DNA from: Eledone cirrhosa
Lineage: Eukaryota
DNA: 64,000 nucleotides
NCBI GenBank assembly: GCA_964016885.1
Contig: CAXHJY010001612.1
Coordinates: forward strand, 29,788-93,787
Direction of reading: 5' to 3'
This document shows positions 1 to 16,915 of this stretch, piece after piece. The translations under genes were made by a program, and so were the position numbers. A model generated the notes under the pieces. It was not told where the DNA came from. It did not search any database and saw only the letters and a program-made list of their open reading frames with translations. How positions within the stretch are numbered: position 1 is the stretch's first letter; each line of letters begins with the position of its first letter.

Positions 1-315
1 TGTATTCTCTTTCTCCCTTATCTCCCCTTATATTTAAACCTTTTCCTATGTCATTTCCCCCACCCTCCTTTTCCCCCCTATTTTTTTGCCTTACCTTTCA
101 CATACAAACATTTTTTTTTAGATATTAATTTTTTATATAATGGTTTTGTGTGTTTTTATATAATAGCCTCAGAAAAGGCTTCAGCTCTACCGTAGGGTCA
201 GGCTTCTTCCTATGTGTGTATATATATATATATATGTATATATACGTTTTTGTATGTGTGTTTGTATTTTTGTGGTTGGGTTTTTTTTTTGTGTGTGTGT
301 GTATGTATATAATTT

Positions 316-367
<52 letters not shown>

Positions 368-575
368 TAATTGTATTAGGGTGTATGTATGTGCATCATT
401 ATATATAGTGATTTGATGAATATTTTCATTGATCTTTTGCTCCATGAACTTGTTGAGTGCTCTAGGTCTGCTATGGGCATTTATACCCTTTTCTAAATAT
501 ATATATATATATTTTTATTTATTACTTGTCAAATTTTTATATATAAAATATTTATTTTATATTATTTTTGTTCTT

Positions 576-606
<31 letters not shown>

Positions 607-958
607 GATAATTTAATATATCAACTAACATAAGCGCACAGATGCACGCCCATGCCAGCAAATACACAGGTTATGTCATAGTACCTAGGTGGTTCAATGC
701 AGGAGAATGCAGAACAATAATATAAAGGACGTAAAATAAGAATTGTTAGTAGGCGTCAGTCATCTTACCATCCCATTCCTTCTAACTAGCCTCTGTGTCA
801 CGTGATTGATTCTTTAGAATCGGCCATTTGACTTGAAGCAGTGAGAATTTCGGTACATAGAATCCAGTCCTCGCAAGCTGTTCGATCTACCGAATTATTA
901 TTATTTTTATATGAGCCGCCAGTGTCCGCGCATTGCCTGGAGACTTAACTGAGAATAG

Positions 959-1040
959 ACTCCCTGATGACGAAATGAATTCTCGACAGTTGGATTACGT
1001 AACTGTCTTTATCCCATTGCAGAAACTAATTAGTTGGAGT
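959..1040 (+). ncRNA. Type I hammerhead ribozyme with long stem II, copy 1
   Basis: ACTCC-CTGATGA-[cGAAATG..GACAGTT..AACTGTC..CATTGCa]-GAAA-CTAATTAG-TT-GGAGT. Stem I ACTCC/GGAGT is extended by ACTTAA/TTAAGT; stem III is palindromic; GUU triplet. Confidence 0.7.
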
Positions 1041-1527
1041 GAAAATTTAAGTAAGAAAAAAAAAAATTTTTTTTTTTTTTTTTAATTTTTAAAAAAAAAT
1101 ATTTTCTTATTTTACGTCCTTTATATTATTGTTCTGCATTCTCCTGCATTGAACCACCTAGGTACTATGACATAACCTGTGTATTTGCTGGCATGGGCGT
1201 GCATCTGTGCGCTTATGTTAGTTGATATATTAAATTATCTATATTTATCTCCAAATCACTGATTTGTCGAGCAAACTTGTCAAAACCACTTCTAAAAAAA
1301 TTTTTTTTGGGGTGTTAGTAGGCGTCAGTCATCTTACCATCCCATTCCTTCTAACTAGCCTCTGTGTCACGTGATTGATTCTTTAGAATCGGCCATTTGA
1401 CTTGAAGCAGTGAGAATTTCGGTACATAGAATCCAGTCCTCGCAAGCTGTTCCTTCTACCGAATTATTATTATTTTTATATGAGCCGCCAGTGTCCGCGC
1501 ATTGCCTGGAGACTTAACTGAGAATAG

Positions 1528-1609
1528 ACTCCCTGATGACGCAATGAATTCTCGACAGTTGGATTACGTAACTGTCTTTATCCCATTGCAGAAACTAATT
1601 AGTTGGAGT
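1528..1609 (+). ncRNA. Type I hammerhead ribozyme with long stem II, copy 2
   Basis: Same fold as 959-1040, with perfect GCAATG/CATTGC pairing at the base of stem II. Confidence 0.75.
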
Positions 1610-1717
1610 GAAAATTTAAGTAAGAAAAAAAAAAATTTTTTTTTTAATTTTTAAAAAAAAATATTTTCTTATTTTACGTCCTTTATATATATATATATAT
1701 TGAGTTATATATGTATA

Positions 1718-1777
<60 letters not shown>

Positions 1778-1859
1778 TATGCATACGTATGTGTATGTAT
1801 ATATGTGTGTGTAGGTATATATGTGTATGTTAGTAAGTATGTATGGGTATGTATGTGTA

Positions 1860-1914
<55 letters not shown>

Positions 1915-1919
<5 letters not shown>

Positions 1920-2275
1920 TTTTGCGAGGTTTTTTTATATGAAATCATGTGTCGAAACAAATATTGTGATACTTGGAGAGGGTCATATTTGTGTAATATT
2001 GCCAGAATTAATAACAGAACACACTCACTGTTTGGTTGGTTTTCGCTTTTCGCTTCTGTGTCTTTTATATCGGTAATCTAATATAATATAATATTATATA
2101 CTCGGTCCTCAATGTTGCCATTCACTGACCGACGGTCAAAAATAATACAGATACAATATAGACACACACATATATATAGTTTATCATAAATCTTTCGTTG
2201 CGCATCTGCAACATCGTCAGTGGTTCTATTGTTTCCTCCTGTTGAATTGTATGGCTACGCCATTTTTATTCAGTC
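1915..2275 (-). mobile_element. Solo pLTR copy of the PLE family at 21283-25270, containing a hammerhead-like motif at ~2184-2224
   Basis: Strong visible similarity to 21283-21605 and 24950-25315 (GGGTCATATTTG.GTAATATTGCCAGAATTAATAACAGAACACACTCAC). Minus strand reads CTGACGA-T-GTTGCAGATGCGCAAC-GAAA. Confidence 0.8.
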
Positions 2276-2330
2276 TGGAACCACATTCAATAGAGTAATT
2301 GAGTAATCAATGAACCATATTAATCTTTGG

Positions 2331-2399
<69 letters not shown>

Positions 2400-2438
2400 A
2401 GAGTATTGAAGTTTGCTTGAAGCATTGTGGAACAATAA

Positions 2439-3029
2439 GTAAATATTTATAAGTCGTTTGGAAGCCTCGACAATGCAAATGGGTAAATCTCGGGGTAACA
2501 AGGTCCGGTGGTGGAGAGAGAGATATGTAAGAGGGTGTACGTTGAGATGCGTGGTGTGTATAAGATGTGTGAGATGTGTAGAATGAAGGGAAGAGTAAAA
2601 GAATAAAAATAATAATAACAACACAAGAGAGAGAGTTACCTTGGGAGAGATTTAATAGTCCCTATATATTTCGGATTCACATCCATCAACTGGGGTTTTT
2701 TCCGGGGTGGGGGAAAAGGTTGTCTGTCGGACAACTCGGAACGCGTCTTTCGCTGTCTGTCTTTCGCTGTCTGTTGAAAAAAACCCAGTTGATGGATGTG
2801 AATCCGAAATATATAGGGACTATTAAATCTCTCCCAAGGTAACTCTCTCTCTTGTGTTGTTATTATTATTTTTATTCTTTTACTCTTCCCTTCATTCTAC
2901 ACACTTATACACACCACGCATCTCAACGTACACCTACTTACATATCTCTCTCTCCACCACCGGACCTTGTTACCCGGAGATTTACCCATTTGCATTGTCG
3001 AGGCTTCCAAACGACTTTTAAATATTTAC
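2439..3029. repeat. Long inverted repeat (arms ~2439-2701 and ~2777-3029), probably an inverted pLTR pair
   Basis: The arms are near reverse complements around a ~75-bp spacer, and the island is embedded in (TA)n. Confidence 0.85.
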
Positions 3030-3086
<57 letters not shown>

Positions 3087-4660
3087 GCGCGTGCATGCAT
3101 TTATCAATGCACATATGTAGATTGGTATATATGTAAGAGAAGATGCTTATTTCACTGTTTGTATGTACATATGTATGTTTGTAGTTTAATCATAAAGAGA
3201 CAATTGTCCCGTTCTGTTTATTTCTACATCCTATCAAATAAGTATTGATTAGAACCTCTCTTGAACTTTGCTCTGTGTAAACCGCTTATTTGCGAATCCA
3301 AACCGTCTGTTGTTTTTGTGTTGACTCTAATTTATCATGTCAGAACCTTGACGGTCAAAGTTCAAACGGAGTTTATTATATTGATATTACTAACAAGACA
3401 TTTATCATTTATTAACATTCGGTGTTAGTTGATGACTTTTACGATATATCCCAAAAGAATTTGATAATTTTAGTTTGCTATTTCATTCCTAATGAGACCG
3501 AGATGTTAGATTCTTCAGCTCGCCACATTGCGGCAATCATATCTATGTATGTATGATGGAGTCGTATGGGTACTGTAGTGACATACGGCGTTTCTTGATC
3601 ATGTTTGCTTAGAGCTGGTGGAGCCCCTCCCCCTATCCAGATCTGAATGAGGCCAATTTCTCTCAGAGTAAGGAAAGAAAGTTATAGATGAAGGGTGTGA
3701 GGAATGATATATAGAGAAAGAATTGACCATAGTACTGGACTGGCATTTTGTTTTGTTGACTCTGGAGGTATGAAAAGCAAAGGTGATCTCGGCGGAATTT
3801 GAATTCAGAGAACAGAGAGCCAGAACAAATACCGCAAAGCATTCTATCTGATGTTCTAACGACTTCGCTAATTCGACGCCTGATCACAGCAAATTAAATT
3901 TATAGAAATCAACTAGAAGCTTCCAATCTTTGAAGTGGTAGACATTTACTCTCTTCATTGGATGTTGGAGTTTATCCTATTTTGTTTGTAATTATGCCAG
4001 CATAAATGGGTGCCAAGTAGGCCAGTTGTCATGGGATTTCAAATGCTGTGTGGCCTAGTCCCTTGTTACACATAAACTCGTAATTCTTTGGGAAACAATT
4101 ATCGTTACTTTTATAAATCATTTTCGTTCTAGTTTTATTGTTGTGATATTTGGAAGAACATCTACAGAATATTTACATCTATATATCGGCAAACAATTCG
4201 TCAGCAATACTTAATGCGTAGTTTGAAACGAAGCGGTTACATTTACATTTAGCATGGCTATATGACATGTTGAAGTAGGATCTAAATTTAAATTTTAGAT
4301 GATCTTATTCCCAGTTGTGTACTAACATGTTTACAAACGATATTAGTATTTTGAGTCTGTTCAATACTTACCACTGGAACCAATTCATGGGAGAAATCTA
4401 CTCCAAGATATTAGCCCCAATCAGAAACTCACGTGATTTAACTATTAGTCTTGTCATGGATGCTGCAATTGTTATACTTGGACACGACATTTTTGTAATG
4501 GCGGATTAAGGGATTGACTCAGGGGCAGTGATAGATTAAGGTACGATTCCTAGTGCATTAAAGGGCGACACAATAGCAGTAAAAGATTTAGGGGGAGGTC
4601 TTAGTGGCATTGGTGGTATGTGTTTATACATTTGTAAGAAAAAAATCTGTTGCACTCATA

Positions 4661-4955
4661 CCTAGTGGTAAGGGTCTTGGAATTATGATCGTGATATCGT
4701 TGGTTCGATTCCTGGCCTGGGCTGCTAGTTGTGTTCTTGAGTAAAACACTTAATTTCACGTTACTCCAATATACTCAGTGGAAACACAAATTCAGTAACT
4801 GCAATAGCTGGGAGTATAAACCTGATTTGGACCATCGTCCTGTCCAGGGGGAAGTCTTGTACTCTCAGGCACTTCACACCACGGACACCGGGATAAACAC
4901 CGTCCTGATGACCCCCCCCCCCCCGGGCTTGAGACACACGTTAGACTTTTAGACT
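4661..4955 (+). mobile_element. tRNA-derived SINE
   Basis: A-box-like TAGTGGTAAGG and B box GGTTCGATTCC (4702-4712), then GTGTTCTTGAGTAAAACACTTAATTTCACGTT, which is shared with 56505-56836. Confidence 0.75.
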
Positions 4956-5331
4956 TAGATTAATAACTAAAATGGAACACAGAGGGAGATGGTGATGGTT
5001 TATAGTTAGTGATAGTATGTGTGTATATGTGTTTCCGGTAAACTGAACAGGAGGCAGTTTCAGAAATGTCTTTCAGTGCGGATATATTCAATTTCCAGTG
5101 AAATACATCACACACTGTCATATCAATATTGGAAATATCTGGGCAACTAGTATTATGAGAATAGTCACCAGGAAAATTAATGCATCGATACTTTATAAAT
5201 ACGAATCAAACGATTTTGGCTAAAATCTGACGCACATCAACAAGTTCTAGATCAATTCAAAACGACATGATACGGATATACAGAAAGCTTCATAAACACA
5301 CACAGCACAGCCATACGTTCACAGGTATGCG

Positions 5332-5387
<56 letters not shown>

Positions 5388-5456
5388 ATTACATACACAC
5401 ACTTTCGCATATAAATCCATGTGAATCTTCATCGATATAAACAAGGATAGGATTAT

Positions 5457-5493
<37 letters not shown>

Positions 5494-5689
5494 CACATGC
5501 ATGCATATATCTATCTATCTTATATATATATATAAATATATATATATATATGCATATACATGCATGCATATATAAATATATGCATAAATATTGGTAGGCA
5601 AATATCAGTATTGTGCATTTAAATATACATCTGAACATCAGAACGTACGGACATTTATTTAAATATATATGTTACGTGAATATTGATAT

Positions 5690-9625
<3,936 letters not shown>

Positions 9626-10577
9626 TATTAAAATAACAGATTAAAGTTTAAGCAAAGAATCGCTGCTTTCACCCTTAACGGGATCTTCTGAAACTAACAA
9701 AGTCAATCTGTAAACGCAGAACTGGATATTTAAAAAAACGTTGCAACCGGAGGAAGACAGGAAGACGATACTTTGGTTCGTGGAAACGTTCCCTGGCAAA
9801 GAACGGGAAAAAACGAATATAATACGTCATTAATAGGAGCGGTGAAAAACAATTACGCGCAAACACAGAACCACGTTTATGGTATAAAAGAGGTCGTAGA
9901 CTAATGTCTCTTAGGTGGTTCATAGAGACGTTCTCTGGCAATGGACGAAAAAAAAACGAAGATAATACGTCATATGTGGAGCGTGGAGAACAATTGCACG
10001 CAAAGACAAAACCACGTAAATGGTATAGCAGAAGTCGTAGACTAAAATTCTAACTAGGAGACCAAATGAATCTCCGCTACAGAGTTAAAAACAAAGTAAA
10101 TAAATACAATAGAGAAGTAATAGAAATAAATAAATACGTACACGCAAACAAATACGTACATACACAAGCATACGCGAAAACACTTACAATAGGTATACAA
10201 AACTACGCACATATAAATATGTGTGTGTGTGTGTGTGTGCGTGTATACAAATAAATAAATAATTAAATAAATGTATATAACAAGCTCACACACATACCTA
10301 CATGTAAATACACAAATGTTCGGAGACGTAAGTCAACCAAAACATGAAGTACACATATACACACACCCGACATACGTACGAACCTGCAACTCACACAGAC
10401 GCAAAACTCCCGTATACACGTAACCAAACCATATGTACCAGAATATATAAAATTATACGCCATAATATATACAATCAAATATACGTACGAGAAAGTATAC
10501 GTACCTTCAGAAAACATACAGGTAATATATACTTACCTATGCAAATAAGTAATGGTATAAACAAAACATATACTTAG

Positions 10578-11340
10578 CTACCGCATCAAGACATACAATA
10601 TCCACGTATACATCGTACTATCCGTTTGGGTATAACGTGGGTCTGTAATACAGGAAAGTTTTGTGCAATTTATGTTTACAAGCCGAAATTGCCTCAGATT
10701 TTTGTTTAAGATGTGGTTTGCGTAGAGTATTTCCAGGGTGTCGGCGGCCCAGGGGTCATATGGTCTTTTATTTCCGTTATACGATCTAGGCTTAGCTAGG
10801 ATCTCCCAGTGTAACTTATATTGGGTGTGGTTGTCTTTTAGACTCCAGATATAAGCTGAAAGTGACGTCATATTCCTTCTTAGAGGGTAACAAAAAGAAT
10901 GGGTATGCATGTAGAGACGCCGCTTGAATCTATTGGCGGTTAACCCTATGTAGGCCCTACGGGACGTGGGTGTTTCAACCTTACATTTGTAGACAATGTT
11001 ACTAGAGATGCATTTCCCGGATAGGGGCAATCAACCCGATTCCTACAATTACAGTTAGTACTAATTACAGGATTGCACTGTTCCTACGGCTAGGTAGTTT
11101 AGCTAAATTTGAAGCTGTGATGTTATGTGCAACGTTAGGAGTCGTAGAGTAAGAAATTTTAATAGTATTTCTATTAAAAATTTTACTATATTTATGTGTC
11201 GGGGGAAAATGCTTCGTAATAAGGGAAAGAAAGATCTTAGCTAATGGTGTGGCTACCTCCATATTATAAGGTGGGTTATACCAACAAATGCGACGGGATC
11301 TATTTCTTCTAGGTCTATTTTCGTACTCTGTATATGCTAC
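10578..11340 (-). pseudogene. Decayed Penelope-like element, C-terminal region with GIY-YIG endonuclease
   Basis: [29 protein letters not shown], then CNC..CP/PLSGKC, NIVYKCKV..AYIGLT..FKRR..H..SF..SLSAYIWSLK. Frameshifts occur around 11030-11080. Confidence 0.8.
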
Positions 11341-11670
11341 CTTATCGACAAATCCACTCCGAGTAAGAACTTCAATGTAATAAGTGGAATAGTCGTTGAA
11401 AATATGCTCGTTAGTAGATAGATATGTATGTATATATATATGTATATATATATGTATGTATATATATATATGTATATATATATGTATGTATATATATATA
11501 TATGTATATATATATGTATGTATATATATATATGTATATATATATGTATGTATATATATATATGTATATATATATGTATGTATATATATATATGTATATA
11601 TATATATGTATATATATATATGTATATATATATATGTATATATATATGTATGTATATATATATATGTATA

Positions 11671-11713
<43 letters not shown>

Positions 11714-11736
11714 ATATATATATATATATGTATGTG

Positions 11737-11796
<60 letters not shown>

Positions 11797-11826
11797 AAAG
11801 AATAGAGGTGTAACACACAAGTTATT

Positions 11827-12199
11827 ATATATTGGTAAACGGAATAGAAAATGCTGACAAATTGTTCACAGTTGAAAAATGGTTTAATTAGGAATAAAAG
11901 AGTATTAGTGATTGTATGGGTTAGTATTCGGTTGTGGTTTTAAGTTTTTAAGTTTTTACCGGTTGCGCATTTCTAAATGCTTTTCAAAAATAACTTTGAG
12001 ATAGAGTGTCCGTGCTGTTTGCTCTGATCTGATTAGTTTTGGGAATTCTACCTGTTTTTATGTTAAAAAAATTGGCTCCAGCGTTATTTTTGTGTTGCAA
12101 AAATGCTTGTGGTCAAAACAATTTTGATTGGTCGGTAGAGGTCATGTGGATAAAAAATTGGTTTTGCGCCAAGATTGAGAAATGACTCTTTCACAACAA

Positions 12200-12245
<46 letters not shown>

Positions 12246-12307
12246 TAAAGTATTCGATGCTGCGACAATAGCCAGCAGCGATGTGTGTCAAATGGCTATT
12301 AAGATAA

Positions 12308-12352
<45 letters not shown>

Positions 12353-13018
12353 TGTGTGTGTGTGTGTGTATATATACAGCAGAGTCATTCGAAGGTCAAA
12401 GGATATTTTTCAGCTTTTGTCTTATACGGAGAAGTGCGTGTGTGTGTGTGTGTGTATAAGTCTCTTTGTATGTTGATGTACGCGTGTGTTTGTGTATATA
12501 TGTGTGTGTGTGTGGGGGGGGGGGACCAGTATTTTTTTCCCCCTGGTAAAATGGTGTACATTATTCGATTTTTTCAGTAAAATCGGTTCTCTTAATAGAA
12601 CATCAAAAATCTTAACAATAAAAGGTGTGAAATGATATTCACTATATATATACACACACACACACACACATATATTCACTACATATATATATATATATAT
12701 ATATACATATATACATACATATATATGCACATATATTTTTTTGTATTGCACCATAGAGCATGTGTGTTTACGTGTGTCATTGTGTCTATATGTGGGTAGA
12801 GATGTGTGCTGATGTAGGTATGTATGTTGACGTGTGTATGTTGTGGGTTCGTCTTAGGGAGAAGTGTTTAGACGGGGTCCGTATTTGTTAATGAAGTAAG
12901 ATTCCTTGCTGATGCGCTGGGTGTGGGTGGCATTATCTTTAAATTTGTAGAAGGGAAAGATTCTGAAGTTGGGATGATTTTGGGCGGCACAGGTATCAAT
13001 GTGTTCACGAATACCTTA

Positions 13019-13060
<42 letters not shown>

Positions 13061-13413
13061 TTGTTGTGAAAGAGTCATTTCTCAATCTTGGCGCAAAACC
13101 AATTTTTTATTCACATGACCTCTACCGACCAATCAAAATTGTTTTGACCACAAGCATTTTTGCAACACAAAAATAACGCTGGAGCCAATTTTTTTAACAT
13201 AAAAACAGGTAGAATTCCCAAAACTAATCAGATCAGAGCAAACAGCACGGACACTCTATCTCAAAATTATTTTTGAAAAGCATTTAGAAATGCGCAACCG
13301 GTAAAAACTTAAAAACTTAAAACCACAACCGAATACTAACCCATACAATCACTAATACTCTTTTATTCACTGTGAACAATTTGTCAGCATTTTCTATTCC
13401 GTTTACCAATATA
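11827..13413. repeat. Inverted repeat, arms ~11827-12257 and ~13008-13413, with ~750-bp spacer
   Basis: The arms are near reverse complements, including the internal (GT)n, with one ~26-bp indel. Flanked by (TA)n on both sides. Confidence 0.9.
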
Positions 13414-13461
13414 TATATATATATATATATGTATGTGTATATATATATATGTATATATATG

Positions 13462-14317
<856 letters not shown>

Positions 14318-14400
14318 ATATATATATATGTATGTATGTATATATATATATATATATATGTATGTATATATATATATGTATGTATATATATATATGTATG

Positions 14401-14439
<39 letters not shown>

Positions 14440-14583
14440 GTATGTATATATATATATATATGTATGTATATATATATATATATGTATGTATATATATATA
14501 TGTATGTATATATATATATATGTATGTATATATATATGATGTATATATATATATATATGATGTATATATATATATATATGATG

Positions 14584-14617
<34 letters not shown>

Positions 14618-14635
14618 TGTATGTATGTATGTATG

Positions 14636-14676
<41 letters not shown>

Positions 14677-15500
14677 CCCCAGTAAGGTTTCTTGGTGAGG
14701 AGGGTGACTTTGGACATCCTGCAGGACTAAAAACAAAACCTGTCAAAGGGCAAAGGAGCTCTTAAGAGTCGATGGCCATCCAAAATCACCGGGAGAGATG
14801 AACCCTTAGCCTTTGTCAAGGCAGAATTCTAGGAGAACGAAAATTCTGATATAACACCTGCAACACTGATGGCATCCACTGATGTTGACATGTTCTTCTT
14901 TTTGGTAAATATCATCTTGGTTAAGAGAGTGGGACTGGCTTTGTGCTGTGCCTTTGCTCACTATAAAAGCTTCACGGCTCAGGCATTGCTTTATATCTGG
15001 AGATCTCTCTGCACTTGTCGTCACATGGTACCATGGGCCCAGTACTATGTGTCAATAATTGACACAAGTGTAGTGTTTGTACCAGAGTTTTCAAGTCGCT
15101 GGCTGGACTAAAAAGTCACTTGTTCAGCGCATCGGTAGGGGTTCTCCTACAGGGATATAAAGTAGTGGCCGTACTCGAAAACGAGTTGTCTGCCACCATA
15201 TATATATATATATATATAAGATCAAAAGATGGTTAAAAGAGTTGCATGTATTTTATTATGCGCATTTCAAAAACAAATATCACCATGCAATGACATTTGC
15301 GTTTTCGTCAGATAAAATAGGGAGACATGATATGAAGGTTAAAACACACTTGTGAATAGTTTTAAATCAACATATAAATAAAATACATGAACTTTTTAAC
15401 CATCTTTTGATCTTATTTATACTCCAGTCTTACAAACTATAGAGTGCTACTATATCCGATATCTGCATTGCTTTATTGTACTACAATAAAACTCACCTCC

Positions 15501-15550
<50 letters not shown>

Positions 15551-15602
15551 TATGTATGTATATATATATATATATATGTATGTATATTTATATATATGTA
15601 TG

Positions 15603-15637
<35 letters not shown>

Positions 15638-15793
15638 GGACACACTAGAAGTGGAAGACCAAGGTTAACGTATGTTGATGCCATAAGGACAGACACTGGT
15701 CTGTTGGAGACGCAGGACATGGCAGCTATAATTAGGGACAGAGACCGCTGGAGAGAACTCGTCCATGGATCTCTGGAATTTTACCCGCCTTAG
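15638..15793 (+). pseudogene. 3' fragment of an RTE-clade LINE ORF
   Basis: [21 protein letters not shown]....[15 protein letters not shown] matches the RTE C-terminal R..GRP...W/Y.D.....D......A.DR..WR motif. Confidence 0.7.
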
Positions 15794-15859
15794 ATAGATA
15801 TGTATATATATATCTATGTATATATATATATATGTATGTATATATATATATATGTATGA

Positions 15860-15903
<44 letters not shown>

Positions 15904-15907
<4 letters not shown>

Positions 15908-15956
15908 TTCTACAGGACTAGAACTGTTTCATTCATTAGAAATCATCAGGAATCTC
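15904..15956 (-). ncRNA. Type I hammerhead ribozyme (family GAGATTC), left arm of a palindrome
   Basis: GAGATTC-CTGATGA-T TTC taat GAA T-GAAA-CAG ttctagtc CTG-TA-GAATCTC: 7-bp stem I, GUA triplet. Confidence 0.8.
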
Positions 15957-15957
15957 T

Positions 15958-16010
15958 GAGATTCCTGATGATTTCTAATCAATGAAACAGTTCTAGTCCT
16001 GTAGAATCTC
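15958..16010 (+). ncRNA. Type I hammerhead ribozyme (family GAGATTC), right arm of a palindrome
   Basis: Same as the left arm except a G>C change at 15980 that breaks one stem II pair. Confidence 0.7.
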
Positions 16011-16091
16011 ATCTATATTAAAACTTTTATACTCTGCTATGTATTGAGTACCTTACTTACTGTGGTTACCTCCGATTCAACCCGGAATAAC

Positions 16092-16171
<80 letters not shown>

Positions 16172-16172
16172 G

Positions 16173-16203
<31 letters not shown>

Positions 16204-16204
16204 G

Positions 16205-16246
<42 letters not shown>

Positions 16247-16536
16247 TGTATATATATATATATATATATATATAAACTCTATGCTGTAAAGCAATTATAG
16301 TAATACTGGACTGTAATACGATCGGCTTCAACTATACAAACTCTTGAAAGTCAACAGTTGACATAATCTGGTAATCTTGTATCAGTAATGACGGTAATAT
16401 ATATATATATATGTGTGTGTGTGCGTGTAAGTGAGTAGAGTAGCGTGTGTGTGTGTTTGTTGTGTGTGTGAGTGTTGCTGTGTGCACGCATATGTATGCG
16501 TGTGTGTGTATGTCGTACGTATAAGTGTCAATAAGT

Positions 16537-16576
<40 letters not shown>

Positions 16577-16578
<2 letters not shown>

Positions 16579-16880
16579 GCGGGGACATAGAAATAATCGG
16601 GCTGGATGCCCGATCGCGCAGTTAAACCACTGGGAGTGAAGAACCCCTAGCCCATGTCAGGGTATTCTTCTAGGAGAAGGCATCTCAGAAAACTGGGTTA
16701 ACTCCGATAAAAAAACCTGCGGCTCAGTAGTTACCGATGATGTTGATCTTTTCTTCTTTTCGGGTTATAGCTACTGTCGCTCAGAGAGTGGGATTGGTTC
16801 AGTGCACAGTCTTTCCTCACTTTAAAAATATTCGTCACGCACAGGCATTGCACGAGTGCATTAATAATTATTAATAGTGT

Positions 16881-16915
<35 letters not shown>

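Larger units (their letters stand above)
604..1690. repeat. 569-bp-period tandem duplication (744-~1125 / 1313-~1688) plus inverted partial copy (604-742 vs ~1105-1243); pLTR/retrozyme-like unit
   Basis: GTTAGTAGGCGTCAG recurs at 745 and 1314. 604-742 is the reverse complement of ~1105-1243. A diverged relative lies at 50829-51393. Confidence 0.85.

Noticed and set aside
4661-4720. tRNA gene (also 56770-56836)
   Set aside because: A and B boxes are present, but there is no complete cloverleaf and SINE body sequence follows.
14675-15200. Possible LINE 5' region or short ORFs
   Set aside because: No recognisable protein or RNA motif; left unassigned.
16577-16745. HDV-like ribozyme at the 5' end of the RTE
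   Set aside because: Such ribozymes are known in some RTE 5' UTRs, but I see only a simple hairpin and cannot build the nested double pseudoknot.
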